Below the pieces are notes generated by a model that saw only the letters and a list, made by a program, of their open reading frames with translations, made no database searches and was not told where the DNA came from. A program made the position numbers and the translations under genes. 64,000 nt of DNA, from NCBI GenBank assembly GCA_036724105.1, contig DAIMGF010000008.1, forward strand, positions 56,161-120,160, read 5' to 3'. Origin of the DNA: Parvularculaceae bacterium (GTDB lineage: Bacteria > Pseudomonadota > Alphaproteobacteria > Caulobacterales > Parvularculaceae). Positions 37,291 to 46,391 of this stretch are shown piece after piece (the first letter of the stretch is position 1; each line of letters begins with the position of its first letter).

Positions 37291-37370
37291 GGTCATTCCG
37301 GCGAAAGCCGGAATCCAGAATTTAAATTCGTGTCTTTAGTTACTGGATCCCGGCTTTCGCCGGGATGAGC
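37291..37370. repeat. palindromic (REP/MITE-like) element, intergenic copy
   Basis: Arms ggtcattccggcgaaagccggaatccag and ctggatcccggctttcgccgggatgagc form an inverted repeat around a 24-nt AT-rich spacer. Each arm contains its own ccggc-GAAA-gccgg hairpin. Confidence 0.75.
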
Positions 37371-37391
37371 GGGGAAGAGAGCTTCGGGTAA

Positions 37392-38279
37392 ATGTCTGCA
37401 TTCGAAAGCACAATAAAAGAAACTGCAGCCCTGATCGAAACGGCGCTGGATGAGTTTTTACTGCAAAGCGAAGGCCCGCTCGGCCGGGTCGTTGACGCCA
37501 TGCGATGGGGCGCGCTCGACGGCGGCAAGCGCCTCAGGCCCTTTCTGGTCATCGCCGCGGCGGACATGTTCGGCGCGCCGCGCGCGCGGTCGATCCGCGT
37601 CGGCTGCGCCGTTGAGATGATCCACTGCTATAGCCTCGTGCATGACGATCTGCCGGCCATGGATGATAGCGACCTGCGCCGCGGACGGCCTTCGGTACAC
37701 AAAAAGTTTGATGATGCGACGGCGATCCTCGCCGGGGATGCGCTGCTGACGCAGGCGTTTGAAATTCTCGCCGAGCCGGAAACCCACCCGGACGGGAATG
37801 TGCGCTGCGCGGTTGCGCTGGAGCTTGCCCGCGCCTCCGGCAAGGTAGGCATGGTCGGCGGCCAGATGATCGACATCTATGCGGAGCAGAAGGATTTCGA
37901 TCTCGAAGGCGTCACGCAGTTACAGCGGCTCAAGACCGGCGCGCTGATCCGCTTCGGCGCGGTCGGCGGCGGTCTGATCGCGGAAGCCTCAAGCGACGAA
38001 GTGGCGGCGCTCGCCGCCTATGCCGAGGATCTCGGGCTCGCGTTTCAGATCGTCGATGACATTCTCGATGCGACGCAGGACGCCGAAACCCTCGGCAAGC
38101 CCGCGGGGCAGGATGCGGAAATGGACAAGGCGACATTCATCAAGCTGCTCGGCATGGACGGCGCCAAGTCAAAGGCGGCGGAACTCGTCGAGCGCTGCAA
38201 ATCGCATCTCGACCGTTTTGGCAACGCCGCCGCGCCGCTCAAAGGCGCTGCGGATTTTGTGTTTGAACGGAAGAGTTAG
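37392..38279 (+). CDS. ispA: farnesyl diphosphate synthase (polyprenyl synthetase family)
   Basis: The FARM motif LVHDDLPAMDDSDLRRGRPSVH and the SARM motif FQIVDDILD. Confidence 0.9.
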   Translation: MSAFESTIKETAALIETALDEFLLQSEGPLGRVVDAMRWGALDGGKRLRPFLVIAAADMFGAPRARSIRVGCAVEMIHCYSLVHDDLPAMDDSDLRRGRPSVHKKFDDATAILAGDALLTQAFEILAEPETHPDGNVRCAVALELARASGKVGMVGGQMIDIYAEQKDFDLEGVTQLQRLKTGALIRFGAVGGGLIAEASSDEVAALAAYAEDLGLAFQIVDDILDATQDAETLGKPAGQDAEMDKATFIKLLGMDGAKSKAAELVERCKSHLDRFGNAAAPLKGAADFVFERKS

Positions 38280-38293
38280 TTTCTAATTTCAGT

Positions 38294-38668
38294 ATGCGAA
38301 AATTCGACAACGATATCCTTCCGCATTTGAATCAGGAATGCAAAGGCGAAGCTATCCACTTCGTGGGTCTAGGCGCTTATGACTTTCAACTTTCGTTTGG
38401 CGGTCTTGTTCGCATTCAAACAATGGAAAAAGCGGCATTTTCTTTAAATAACCGCCAGTTTACTTGGGAAGAAGGCCCTAACGAAATTCCCGTTTGGCTG
38501 CTGATTGGTCAAACGCCTGAATCGTTTGAATTGCCAACGTTACTCACGCTCCGTATGAATTTAAGGTCTGGTGACTATGTAGATTTTTTCACAGACGAAA
38601 GCCCATACGAAGCTGTAATCATCGAGTTTACTCCTCAGGGAGATTCTAGAGTGATGGAAATCTATTGA
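38294..38668 (+). CDS. hypothetical cytoplasmic protein, AT-rich orphan ORF
   Basis: A 124-aa ORF starting 14 nt after the ispA stop. Its composition is clearly more AT-rich than the flanks. I recognise no motif beyond a vague resemblance to small immunity-type proteins (...DESPYEAVIIEF...). Confidence 0.45.
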   Translation: MRKFDNDILPHLNQECKGEAIHFVGLGAYDFQLSFGGLVRIQTMEKAAFSLNNRQFTWEEGPNEIPVWLLIGQTPESFELPTLLTLRMNLRSGDYVDFFTDESPYEAVIIEFTPQGDSRVMEIY

Positions 38669-38704
38669 GCTGATTCTATTTCAGCTAGCCAACTCTTGAA
38701 TCGT

Positions 38705-39334
38705 TTAAGCCGCTTCGCTTTCCAGCCTGTCCATCAGCGCATCGACGCCATTGGCGGCGACGAAGGATGAAAACTCCTCGCGCTTGACCAGCATGATCGA
38801 CACGCCCTGAACGATAATGTCGATGGCCTTGCGCTCGCCGGATTTCAGTTTCCGCACGCGCCAGTCAACCATGATGGGCCCGCCATCCTTGCGGTCGAAC
38901 TTCGTTCTGACGATCACGTCGCGCGAACCGTATTCCTTCGCCTCGACCACTTCCAGCGGCTTGCCGACTATGTCCTTGAACTGTTCGGCGTAGAGTTTGG
39001 TGAGGTATTGCGGGAAGATGGCGTCATAGCGCGCGATTTGTTCGTCGTTCATGGATTTGCGCGTTTCGCTGATCATGAATTTGCCGATGACGTCGAGCGC
39101 CATGCCGTCGGCCAGCACCTGACGGAAATCTTCGAGCTGCTCGGCTTCGGGCTTGTCGGCGTTCAGCGCCGCTGTCGCGTCGGCGGTCAGCTTTTTTGCA
39201 AACTCGGTCGCGCCGTCGATGGCGCTCACCTCCGCTTCGGCCTCGGCTGTGGCGCCGGCTTCCTGCGCGATCGCGGGCGTCGCGGCGGAGGCGGCGATCA
39301 GTGCGGCGAGAATGCGAAAACGGGACATGAACAT
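38705..39334 (-). CDS. hpnM: MlaC/Ttg2D-family lipid-binding periplasmic protein, HpnM-like
   Basis: Signal peptide AATPAIA-Q, and DVIGKFMISETRKSMNDEQIARYDAIFPQYLTKLYAEQF is typical of the toluene-tolerance Ttg2D/MlaC family. It lies downstream of hpnN. Confidence 0.75.
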   Translation of the reverse strand: MFMSRFRILAALIAASAATPAIAQEAGATAEAEAEVSAIDGATEFAKKLTADATAALNADKPEAEQLEDFRQVLADGMALDVIGKFMISETRKSMNDEQIARYDAIFPQYLTKLYAEQFKDIVGKPLEVVEAKEYGSRDVIVRTKFDRKDGGPIMVDWRVRKLKSGERKAIDIIVQGVSIMLVKREEFSSFVAANGVDALMDRLESEAA

Positions 39335-39475
39335 GACGGCTACCCTCTTGAATGCGTGCTGCCGGGTGCGCCCCGGCCGGTACAGGTTTTGGTCAATATG
39401 GGACGATTGCGGCGGAAATCCAGCAGTCAGGCGTCAAACCGGCGGCGGCCCATGAATTCCCGGTCACGTATCGGC

Positions 39476-39570
39476 GTCCTTCGAGACGCCCCCAATCCCC
39501 TCATCCTGAGGGCGTTCACGAAGTGAACGCGTCTCGAAGGACGGGATTGGGGGCTCCTCAGGATGAAGGC
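39476..39570. repeat. composite inverted-repeat element (modules A-B-C, hairpin, A'-B'-C')
   Basis: gtccttcgagac|gcccccaatccc|ctcatcctgagg|gcgttcac-gaa-gtgaacgc|gtctcgaaggac|gggattgggggc|tcctcaggatgaagg. Each module on the right is the reverse complement of the module with the same rank on the left. Confidence 0.65.
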
Positions 39571-39676
39571 CCTCTATACGGGAGGTCGTTCAGCTGCACT
39601 TTTTGAAGGTTCTGGTTAATTTTGCTCACTAGAGCGCTGAAATCATTTTAAGAAGCGGGTTTGCTCTAACCCTGCT

Positions 39677-42247
39677 TCAAAACCGTTTTTCCTCGTAGCG
39701 GAAGGCCGCTGGCAGCACGATGAGGGTGCAGATCAGCGTGAACAGTATCGCGATGGATAAAAGCTCGCCCATGGATGCGGTGCCGCGATGGGGCGAGAGC
39801 ATCAGGCTGCCGAAAGACGCCACCGTGGTCAGCGCCGCGAACAGGACCGCGCGCGGCGTCGATGTGCCGTATATGCCTTCGCCCGCCTCGATCTGGCGCT
39901 GGCGCATGACGAGGTGGATGCCGCTATCGACGCCGATGCCGATGAGGAGCGGGAGCACGATCACGTTGGCGTAGTTGAACGGGATGTTGAGAATGACCCC
40001 GGTTGCCGCGGTCAGCACCGCCGCTAGCGCCAGCGGAAACAGCATCAACAATACCGTTCGCGGGCGGCGCACCAGAATGAGCAGGAACACTGAAATGATG
40101 CCGAACGCGATGCCGGTCGCCTGTAGCATTGCCTGTGAAATCGTTTCGCCCGCCTTGCGCGCCTGATAGGCGCCGCCGGCGAGATCGGGAATGACCGCTT
40201 CAACTTCATCAACAAAATCATCGAGCGCTTTGAAATCACGCACGTCGGCTTTGGGCATGATATCGACGCGCCATTGGCCGTCTTCGCTCAAATAGCGCGA
40301 ACGCAACGCTTCCGGCAGCGTTTCAATTTCAATGTAATCGGGACTCATCTGCGCGCGTAAAAGAGACACAAGCTGCGGCCAGAACGCGAAACTGTTTTCT
40401 TCCAGCAGTGCGAGTTGCGCTTCGTTATTCGTATCGATTTGTGCAAGCAGTCCGGCGAGGCGTGCGCCGGCACCGTCGGAATAGGCGTCGCTTAGCCGCT
40501 CTTCTAATGCTTCGACGCCTGCAGCTGCGGGCGGGCCTTCGACCGAACCGGGCTCGGCGTCGAGCGCAAAGACCAGCGTGCCGGCGCCGAAATCAATGAG
40601 TTCGAGCTTTTCATCCTGCGCGTCCGGCACAAAGTCGGGGAGGGAGCGCACGGCGTCCACCGTTTCGAGGGCGCTGGCGGCTTCCGTTGTCGCTACGGCC
40701 TGTTCCTCGGAGTCAACAAGCCGGCTGAGGCGATAGGGCAGCGTTTGCGCGTCCTCGAACAACAGGTTGAAGCCCTGAACCGACGGCGCGTTCGGATTTC
40801 TAAGCGCCATCTGATCGGCGTCGAACCGGACCTGCGGCATCAGGAAGAGCGCAGCAACGCCGAGAAGGATTGTAATGATCGCAATCGGGCCTGACACTTT
40901 TGAAATGGAGTCAAACAGCTTTCGTACCTGACCGTCCGAGGTCTGGCGCGGCCGGCCCTTGAACAGCGCAAGCGCCGCAGGGCCGAATGTTATGGTCACC
41001 AGGAGTGCGATGATGACGCCGACGGCGGCGATCACGCCAAGCTGGGCGATGCCGTCGAACTTCGTCGGCACGAAGGAGAGAAAGGCGAGGGCGGTCGTTG
41101 GTCCGGCAAGCGCCAGCGCCGGGCCGACTTCATGCAGAGCGCCTTTCAGTGCTTCGGAATTATCCTGTCCGGCGGCGCGGCGCTCCTGAATGTGCAGGAA
41201 CAGGTGGATCGCAAAATCCAATCCCAAACCGACCAGCAACACCGTAAATGCGACTGAAACAAGATTGAGTTCGCCCATGAACGCCGCCGCAAAGGCCGAT
41301 GTGAGTGTGAGCGTGATGATCAGCCCGACAAGCGTCAGTGCCGCCATGGCGACGGAGCGATAGCAAAGCAGCAACAACAACGTAACGAGAATGAACGATA
41401 ACAGGAACGAATAGCCTATGCCGGTGGTGACGGCTTCGAGTTCTTCAAGCCGCAACGCCGGGTCGCCGGTGATGTAGGTCTCAACGCGTCCGCCGAATTC
41501 TTCGTTGAGCCGCTGCGTTTCGGCGCGCAGCGCGTTGATCGCGCCCTTCGCCGGCTGCAGACGCGTATAGTCGAGAACGGGCGTGGCGTAGATCAGCCTC
41601 GTATGCGCGTCCTTGGCGGACATTTCCTCATCAATCGCGCCAAGCCATGAAAACGGACGGCGTTCTGCGGCGAGGCTTGCTTCGGTGACGTCGGCAAGTT
41701 CAGCATATATCCGCTGCAGTGTTTCCTGTCCGAGATCGGAACGCTCTGCGAGTTCATCGTTCTCCGCCATGGTGGTGAAGAGCGTGCCGACGGTCGGACT
41801 TTTGATCAGCGTTTCGATCAGTCCTGACGCCTGTGACATTTGCGTCAGGCGTCCTTCAAGTTCGCTCTCGCTTAAATAAAGAAGACCGTTCTCGCGGAAG
41901 AACGGCTCCTGCGCCGGGGCGAAAACGGCGGTGAAATGATCATGGCTTAAGAGTGTTTCGCGCAAACGCGCCGCATAGGCGTCCGCTTCGTCAAGGCTTG
42001 GCGCCCGGACGACGATAATCACGTCTTCCTTGATTTGCGGGAAGGCGTCACGCAATTCCGCGGCGCGTGTCTGAAACGGCAGTGCCGGGTCCAGCATGGC
42101 GCTGGTGTCGGTGTTCACCTTGAGATTGGTCGCCGCGTAGAACCCGGCGAGGATCGCGAGAAACAGGACCGACGCCGCCAGCGCAGTCCCAGCCCGCCGC
42201 GCGCCCTCCGCCCAGGTGGCGAGCAGGGTTTCAATGAATTTCAACAT
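39677..42247 (-). CDS. hpnN: RND/MMPL-type hopanoid transporter HpnN
   Basis: An 856-aa protein with two 6-TM bundles separated by large periplasmic domains. The size, the architecture and the position beside hpnM and the hpn genes fit HpnN. Confidence 0.85.
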   Translation of the reverse strand: MLKFIETLLATWAEGARRAGTALAASVLFLAILAGFYAATNLKVNTDTSAMLDPALPFQTRAAELRDAFPQIKEDVIIVVRAPSLDEADAYAARLRETLLSHDHFTAVFAPAQEPFFRENGLLYLSESELEGRLTQMSQASGLIETLIKSPTVGTLFTTMAENDELAERSDLGQETLQRIYAELADVTEASLAAERRPFSWLGAIDEEMSAKDAHTRLIYATPVLDYTRLQPAKGAINALRAETQRLNEEFGGRVETYITGDPALRLEELEAVTTGIGYSFLLSFILVTLLLLLCYRSVAMAALTLVGLIITLTLTSAFAAAFMGELNLVSVAFTVLLVGLGLDFAIHLFLHIQERRAAGQDNSEALKGALHEVGPALALAGPTTALAFLSFVPTKFDGIAQLGVIAAVGVIIALLVTITFGPAALALFKGRPRQTSDGQVRKLFDSISKVSGPIAIITILLGVAALFLMPQVRFDADQMALRNPNAPSVQGFNLLFEDAQTLPYRLSRLVDSEEQAVATTEAASALETVDAVRSLPDFVPDAQDEKLELIDFGAGTLVFALDAEPGSVEGPPAAAGVEALEERLSDAYSDGAGARLAGLLAQIDTNNEAQLALLEENSFAFWPQLVSLLRAQMSPDYIEIETLPEALRSRYLSEDGQWRVDIMPKADVRDFKALDDFVDEVEAVIPDLAGGAYQARKAGETISQAMLQATGIAFGIISVFLLILVRRPRTVLLMLFPLALAAVLTAATGVILNIPFNYANVIVLPLLIGIGVDSGIHLVMRQRQIEAGEGIYGTSTPRAVLFAALTTVASFGSLMLSPHRGTASMGELLSIAILFTLICTLIVLPAAFRYEEKRF

Positions 42248-42401
42248 GCCGCTACAACTATGCCCGTCTTAACCGTCTCTGATTTTGTCTGAGAACTATA
42301 GGGCGCTTCGCCCCGAGAAGAAACGACGTGTTGGTAAAGGATTCGCGCCCGGTGAAAGCCTCCCTTGCGGGGATTCGCGGCCTTCGCTAGTGCTTTGGAC
42401 G

Positions 42402-43643
42402 ATGAGCAGCAATCACGATTATAAAGCCGACCTCGCCTTTCTGGATGATAAGCGCGGTCCAATGACCGAGCGCCTTCGGGCGTGGTGCGCGATTAATTCC
42501 GGGAGCGGCAACCTCAACGGTCTCGCCGCCATGCATGGCGCGCTTGCCGAAGCGTTCGGTGAGCTGAAAGCCGATATCGAGACGGTTACTTCCAGAACCC
42601 AGGAAATCGTCACCCGCGAAGGCGAGACCGTCAATCAGCCCGTGGGCGACATGCTGCGTCTCGTCAAACGGCCACAGGCGCCAGTGCGCGTGCTTCTGTC
42701 CGGTCACATGGATACGGTGTTCGCCAAGGATCATCCGTTTCAGGGCGAGACGTTTCTTGACGAGGACACGCTGAACGCGCCGGGCGCCGCCGACATGAAG
42801 GGCGGGCTCTTGGTGATGCTCTACGCGCTGCAGACGATTGAGCGATCATCGCTGGCCGATCGCATCGGATACGAAGTGCTGGTCAACGCCGATGAAGAGA
42901 TCGGCTCGCATGGCTCTGCCCACATGCTGACAGAGGCCGCAAAGCGCGCGCAGTTCGCCTGTGTATACGAACCAGCGCTGGCGGATGGTACGCTTGCCGG
43001 CGCGCGCAAGGGCAGCGGGAATTTTGCGGCGGTGATACGCGGAAAAAGCGCTCACGCCGGGCGCGAACATCACCTGGGGCGCAATGCGCTTGCGGCCGCG
43101 GCTGATTTCATTTCGGGCGTCGATAACCTTTCTGGCAAGCGCGACGGCTTGACCGTAAACGTGGCGCGCGTTGATGGCGGCGGGCCGAACAATGTGGTGC
43201 CTGATCTTGCCATTGTGCGGTTCAATGTGCGCGTCGAACAGCCCGAAGACTCCGGCTGGCTGCTCGAACAGGCAGAAGCGATCATCAATGAGATTGATGG
43301 CCGCGAAGGTTACAGCGCGGAACTGAACGGTGGTTTTACCCGTCCCCCTAAGCCGATGACCCCACAACTTGAAAAGTTCTTTCATGCCCTTCGCGCCGCG
43401 GGAGAGGACCTGGGGCTTGCTATCGACTGGAAACCGACCGGCGGGTGCTGCGACGGCAACAATATCGCCGCTGCAGGCATTCCGGTGATTGATACGCTGG
43501 GCGTCAGGGGCGCCAACATTCATTCAGCGCAGGAATATGCGAAGCTCGATAGTCTCGTTGAGCGCGCAAAACTATCCGCGTTATTACTTTTGAAGATTGC
43601 CGGCGGCGCTATCGCCAATCCGGGCGCGACGGAGACGCATTGA
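42402..43643 (+). CDS. M20-family peptidase (carboxypeptidase G2/DapE-like), first gene of AST cluster
   Basis: LLSGHMDTVF, NADEEIGSHGS and a dimerisation-domain pattern. I chose the ATG at 42402 (MSSNHDY). Its stop overlaps the astA start. Confidence 0.8.
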   Translation: MSSNHDYKADLAFLDDKRGPMTERLRAWCAINSGSGNLNGLAAMHGALAEAFGELKADIETVTSRTQEIVTREGETVNQPVGDMLRLVKRPQAPVRVLLSGHMDTVFAKDHPFQGETFLDEDTLNAPGAADMKGGLLVMLYALQTIERSSLADRIGYEVLVNADEEIGSHGSAHMLTEAAKRAQFACVYEPALADGTLAGARKGSGNFAAVIRGKSAHAGREHHLGRNALAAAADFISGVDNLSGKRDGLTVNVARVDGGGPNNVVPDLAIVRFNVRVEQPEDSGWLLEQAEAIINEIDGREGYSAELNGGFTRPPKPMTPQLEKFFHALRAAGEDLGLAIDWKPTGGCCDGNNIAAAGIPVIDTLGVRGANIHSAQEYAKLDSLVERAKLSALLLLKIAGGAIANPGATETH

Positions 43644-44668
43644 TGACTTCGGCTGTGATGCGCCCGGTGCGGCGCGAAGATTTCGATCAGGTGCTGGAGC
43701 TCGCCAAACAGTCCGGCGGCGGCATGACCAATCTGCCATCCGATCCGGATACGCTGCGCGCGCGAATTGATTTTTCCATCGACAGCTATGAGGCGAACGC
43801 CGACTCGCCATCAGGCGAAGTCTACATGCTGGTGCTGGAAGATCAGGGTAAAATTCTCGGCACGGCCGCTATTTTTTCCGCCATCGGCCTTGACTACGGC
43901 TTCGTCAATTATCGCATCAACAAGACTGTACACGTATCGAAACAGCTGAAGAAACGCGTCGAGCGGCGGTTGCTGGTGCCGACCCATGACTTTACCGGTT
44001 GCGGTGAAGTGGGCTCGCTGTTTCTCTCACCGGAAGCGCGCGGCGGCGGGTTCGGTAAGCTGCTCGCAAAGACCCGATACCTGTTTATTGCGCAACATCG
44101 CAAACTGGTCGCCGATCCGGTCTGCGCGGAACTGCGCGGCTGGCGTGACAAGAAAGGCGTGCAGCCTTTCTGGGAGTCGCTCGGCAAACTCTTTTTTGAC
44201 ATGGATTTTGAAGACGCTGACATGACGAACTCTGCGCTCGGCAACCAGTTTATTTCCGACCTGCTGCCGCGCCATCCGATCTATGTGGCGTTGCTGCCGA
44301 AGGCGGCGCGCGACGTGCTTGGCAAGCCCCATGATGACGCCCTGCCGGCCTTCAATATGCTTTTGCGCGAAGGCTTTGCGTTTCGCGGCTATATTGATGT
44401 GTTCGACGGCGGGCCGCTGGTGGATGCGCATATCGATGACATTGCAACGATCCGGAACAGCAAGGTTTATAAAGCCGTTATCGCCGATCCGGGCCCAACG
44501 GACGAAAAAGGCGCGCCCGTTCATCTGATGGCGGCGGGGTTTCTGAAAAATTTCCGTTCGGCGCGCGGTCCTGCAAAGGCGGACGGCGACGGGCTGACTG
44601 TCACGAAGGAAACCGCCGATGCGCTGGGCGTCAAGGCGGGCGATGAAGTGCGCGCGGTAAAGTGGTGA
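43643..44668 (+). CDS. astA: arginine N-succinyltransferase
   Basis: MRPVRREDFDQVLELAKQSGGGMTNLPSDPDTLRARIDFSIDSY and the length match AstA/AruF. TGATG overlap with the upstream gene. Confidence 0.9.
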   Translation: MTSAVMRPVRREDFDQVLELAKQSGGGMTNLPSDPDTLRARIDFSIDSYEANADSPSGEVYMLVLEDQGKILGTAAIFSAIGLDYGFVNYRINKTVHVSKQLKKRVERRLLVPTHDFTGCGEVGSLFLSPEARGGGFGKLLAKTRYLFIAQHRKLVADPVCAELRGWRDKKGVQPFWESLGKLFFDMDFEDADMTNSALGNQFISDLLPRHPIYVALLPKAARDVLGKPHDDALPAFNMLLREGFAFRGYIDVFDGGPLVDAHIDDIATIRNSKVYKAVIADPGPTDEKGAPVHLMAAGFLKNFRSARGPAKADGDGLTVTKETADALGVKAGDEVRAVKW

Positions 44669-44672
44669 GCTT

Positions 44673-46133
44673 ATGACCAACAAAATCCTGATCAACGGTG
44701 AATGGCGCGACGGCGCTGGCGCAGAGTTTTCGAGTTTCGACCCGTCAACGGGCGAGAGCGTATGGTCCGGCAAGGCTGCAACGAAATCCGATGTCGCCGA
44801 TGCGGCCAGTGCGGCGCGAAAGGCGTTTGAAAAATGGGCGCTGACGCCGCTCGGCGCGCGTATCGAAATTATGGAGCGTTATCGTGACTTGATCAAACGC
44901 GATGCTGACGATCTGGCGCGATTGATCTCCCGCGAGACCGGCAAGCCGTATTGGGAAACGAAAACCGAAGCGGCGACCGTTTCCGGCAAGGTCGATATTT
45001 CCATCAAGGCCTATCACGAACGCACCGGCGAGCGCGCGAGCAACTCCGGCGCGACTCATGCGGTGCTGCGCCACAAACCGCATGGCGTCATGGCGGTGCT
45101 CGGGCCTTACAATTTTCCCGCGCATTTGCCCAACGGTCACATCGTGCCGGCGCTGATTGCGGGCAACACGGTCGTATTCAAACCTTCCGAAATGACGCCG
45201 GGGCCGGGCGCGTTCATCGTCGAACGGATGGTCGAGGCGGGCGTGCCCGACGGCGTCGTGAATCTCATTCAGGGCGCGCGCGAGACCGGCGCGGCGCTGA
45301 CCGGCGCTGAAGTCGACGGCGTGCTCTTCACCGGCGGCGCAAAGACCGGCCTCGTCATTCACAAACAGTTCGTCGACCGGCTGGACGTTATTCTTGCGCT
45401 CGAACTCGGCGGCAACAATCCGCTGATCTGGTGGGATACGAAAGACGTGGAGGCGGCGGCGCTGGCGGTCGTGCAGTCGGCGTTCCTGACCAGTGGCCAG
45501 CGCTGTACCTGCGCGCGCCGCCTGATCGTGCCTGAAGGCGCGGCCGGCGACAAGGCGATTGAAGCGTTGGCGAAACTCACCGACCGGTTGATCATCGGCG
45601 CGCCGTTTGACGAACCGCAGCCTTTCATGGGGCCGGTAATTACGCCGAAGGTCGCCGAAGGACTGGAGCGCGCTTTCGATCAGCTACTTGATGGGGACGG
45701 CGAGGCGATCCGCAATCTTTCCGTGCGCGACGAGGGCGCGGCGTTCGTGACGGCCGGCATCGTCGATGTAACGCGCGCCGACGCCGTGCCGGACGAAGAA
45801 CATTTTGGCCCGCTGTTGAAGGTCTGGCGCGTCGCCGATTTTGACGAAGCCATCGCCCGCGCCAACAAGACCAAGTTCGGTTTGTCGGCAGGGCTCTTGT
45901 CCGACGACCGCGCGAAATGGGACCGGTTTCTGGCGCTGTCACGCGCCGGCATTGTCAACTGGAACCGCCAGACCACCGGCGCGTCGGGCGCGGCGCCTTT
46001 TGGCGGGATCGGCGACAGCGGCAATCACCGCCCCTCCGCCTATTACGCCGCCGACTATTGCGGCTATCCGGTCGCTTCGATGGAAGCCGAGACGCTTGTT
46101 CCGCTGACGGAAGATCAGGTCGGGGTGAGGTGA
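44673..46133 (+). CDS. astD: succinylglutamate-semialdehyde dehydrogenase
   Basis: Aldehyde dehydrogenase motifs (FTGGAKTG, ELGGNNP, QRCTCARR) with the typical AstD N-terminus ILINGEWRDGAG, located between astA and astB. Confidence 0.9.
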   Translation: MTNKILINGEWRDGAGAEFSSFDPSTGESVWSGKAATKSDVADAASAARKAFEKWALTPLGARIEIMERYRDLIKRDADDLARLISRETGKPYWETKTEAATVSGKVDISIKAYHERTGERASNSGATHAVLRHKPHGVMAVLGPYNFPAHLPNGHIVPALIAGNTVVFKPSEMTPGPGAFIVERMVEAGVPDGVVNLIQGARETGAALTGAEVDGVLFTGGAKTGLVIHKQFVDRLDVILALELGGNNPLIWWDTKDVEAAALAVVQSAFLTSGQRCTCARRLIVPEGAAGDKAIEALAKLTDRLIIGAPFDEPQPFMGPVITPKVAEGLERAFDQLLDGDGEAIRNLSVRDEGAAFVTAGIVDVTRADAVPDEEHFGPLLKVWRVADFDEAIARANKTKFGLSAGLLSDDRAKWDRFLALSRAGIVNWNRQTTGASGAAPFGGIGDSGNHRPSAYYAADYCGYPVASMEAETLVPLTEDQVGVR

Positions 46134-46360
46134 TGCTTCGCAAGTTCATTTGGATATATCTAATTATTCTGCTTGCGATGTTGTTGGTTGGTTTATTTCA
46201 ATTTCTGGCGACAACTGACAGCATTCCGTTAGGCCAAGCACTCGATAATATCAGAGCAAGGCTAGGAATTTTTTTGCTGGTTGTGTTTGGAGGGTCCGCT
46301 GTTGCCGCGCTTGTCATGCTCTTTTTCCAAGAGTTGCTTTCTAGGTTTCAAAATAAGTAG
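46133..46360 (+). CDS. hypothetical 75-aa two-TM protein, AT-rich
   Basis: The ATG overlaps the astD stop (TGATG). The sequence is MLRKFIWIYLIILLAMLLVGLFQFLATTDS...LGIFLLVVFGGSAVAALVMLFF. This is the in-frame C-terminal part of track ORF 45917..46360. Confidence 0.45.
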   Translation: MLRKFIWIYLIILLAMLLVGLFQFLATTDSIPLGQALDNIRARLGIFLLVVFGGSAVAALVMLFFQELLSRFQNK

Positions 46361-46391
46361 CCGAATTAATTAAGTCTATTCTGTCGAAACC

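Noticed and set aside
45917-46132. The N-terminal 72 codons of track ORF 45917..46360.
   Set aside because: This part lies inside astD in another frame and is Arg/Pro-rich. Only the portion from the ATG at 46133, which overlaps the astD stop, has protein-like (two-TM) character.
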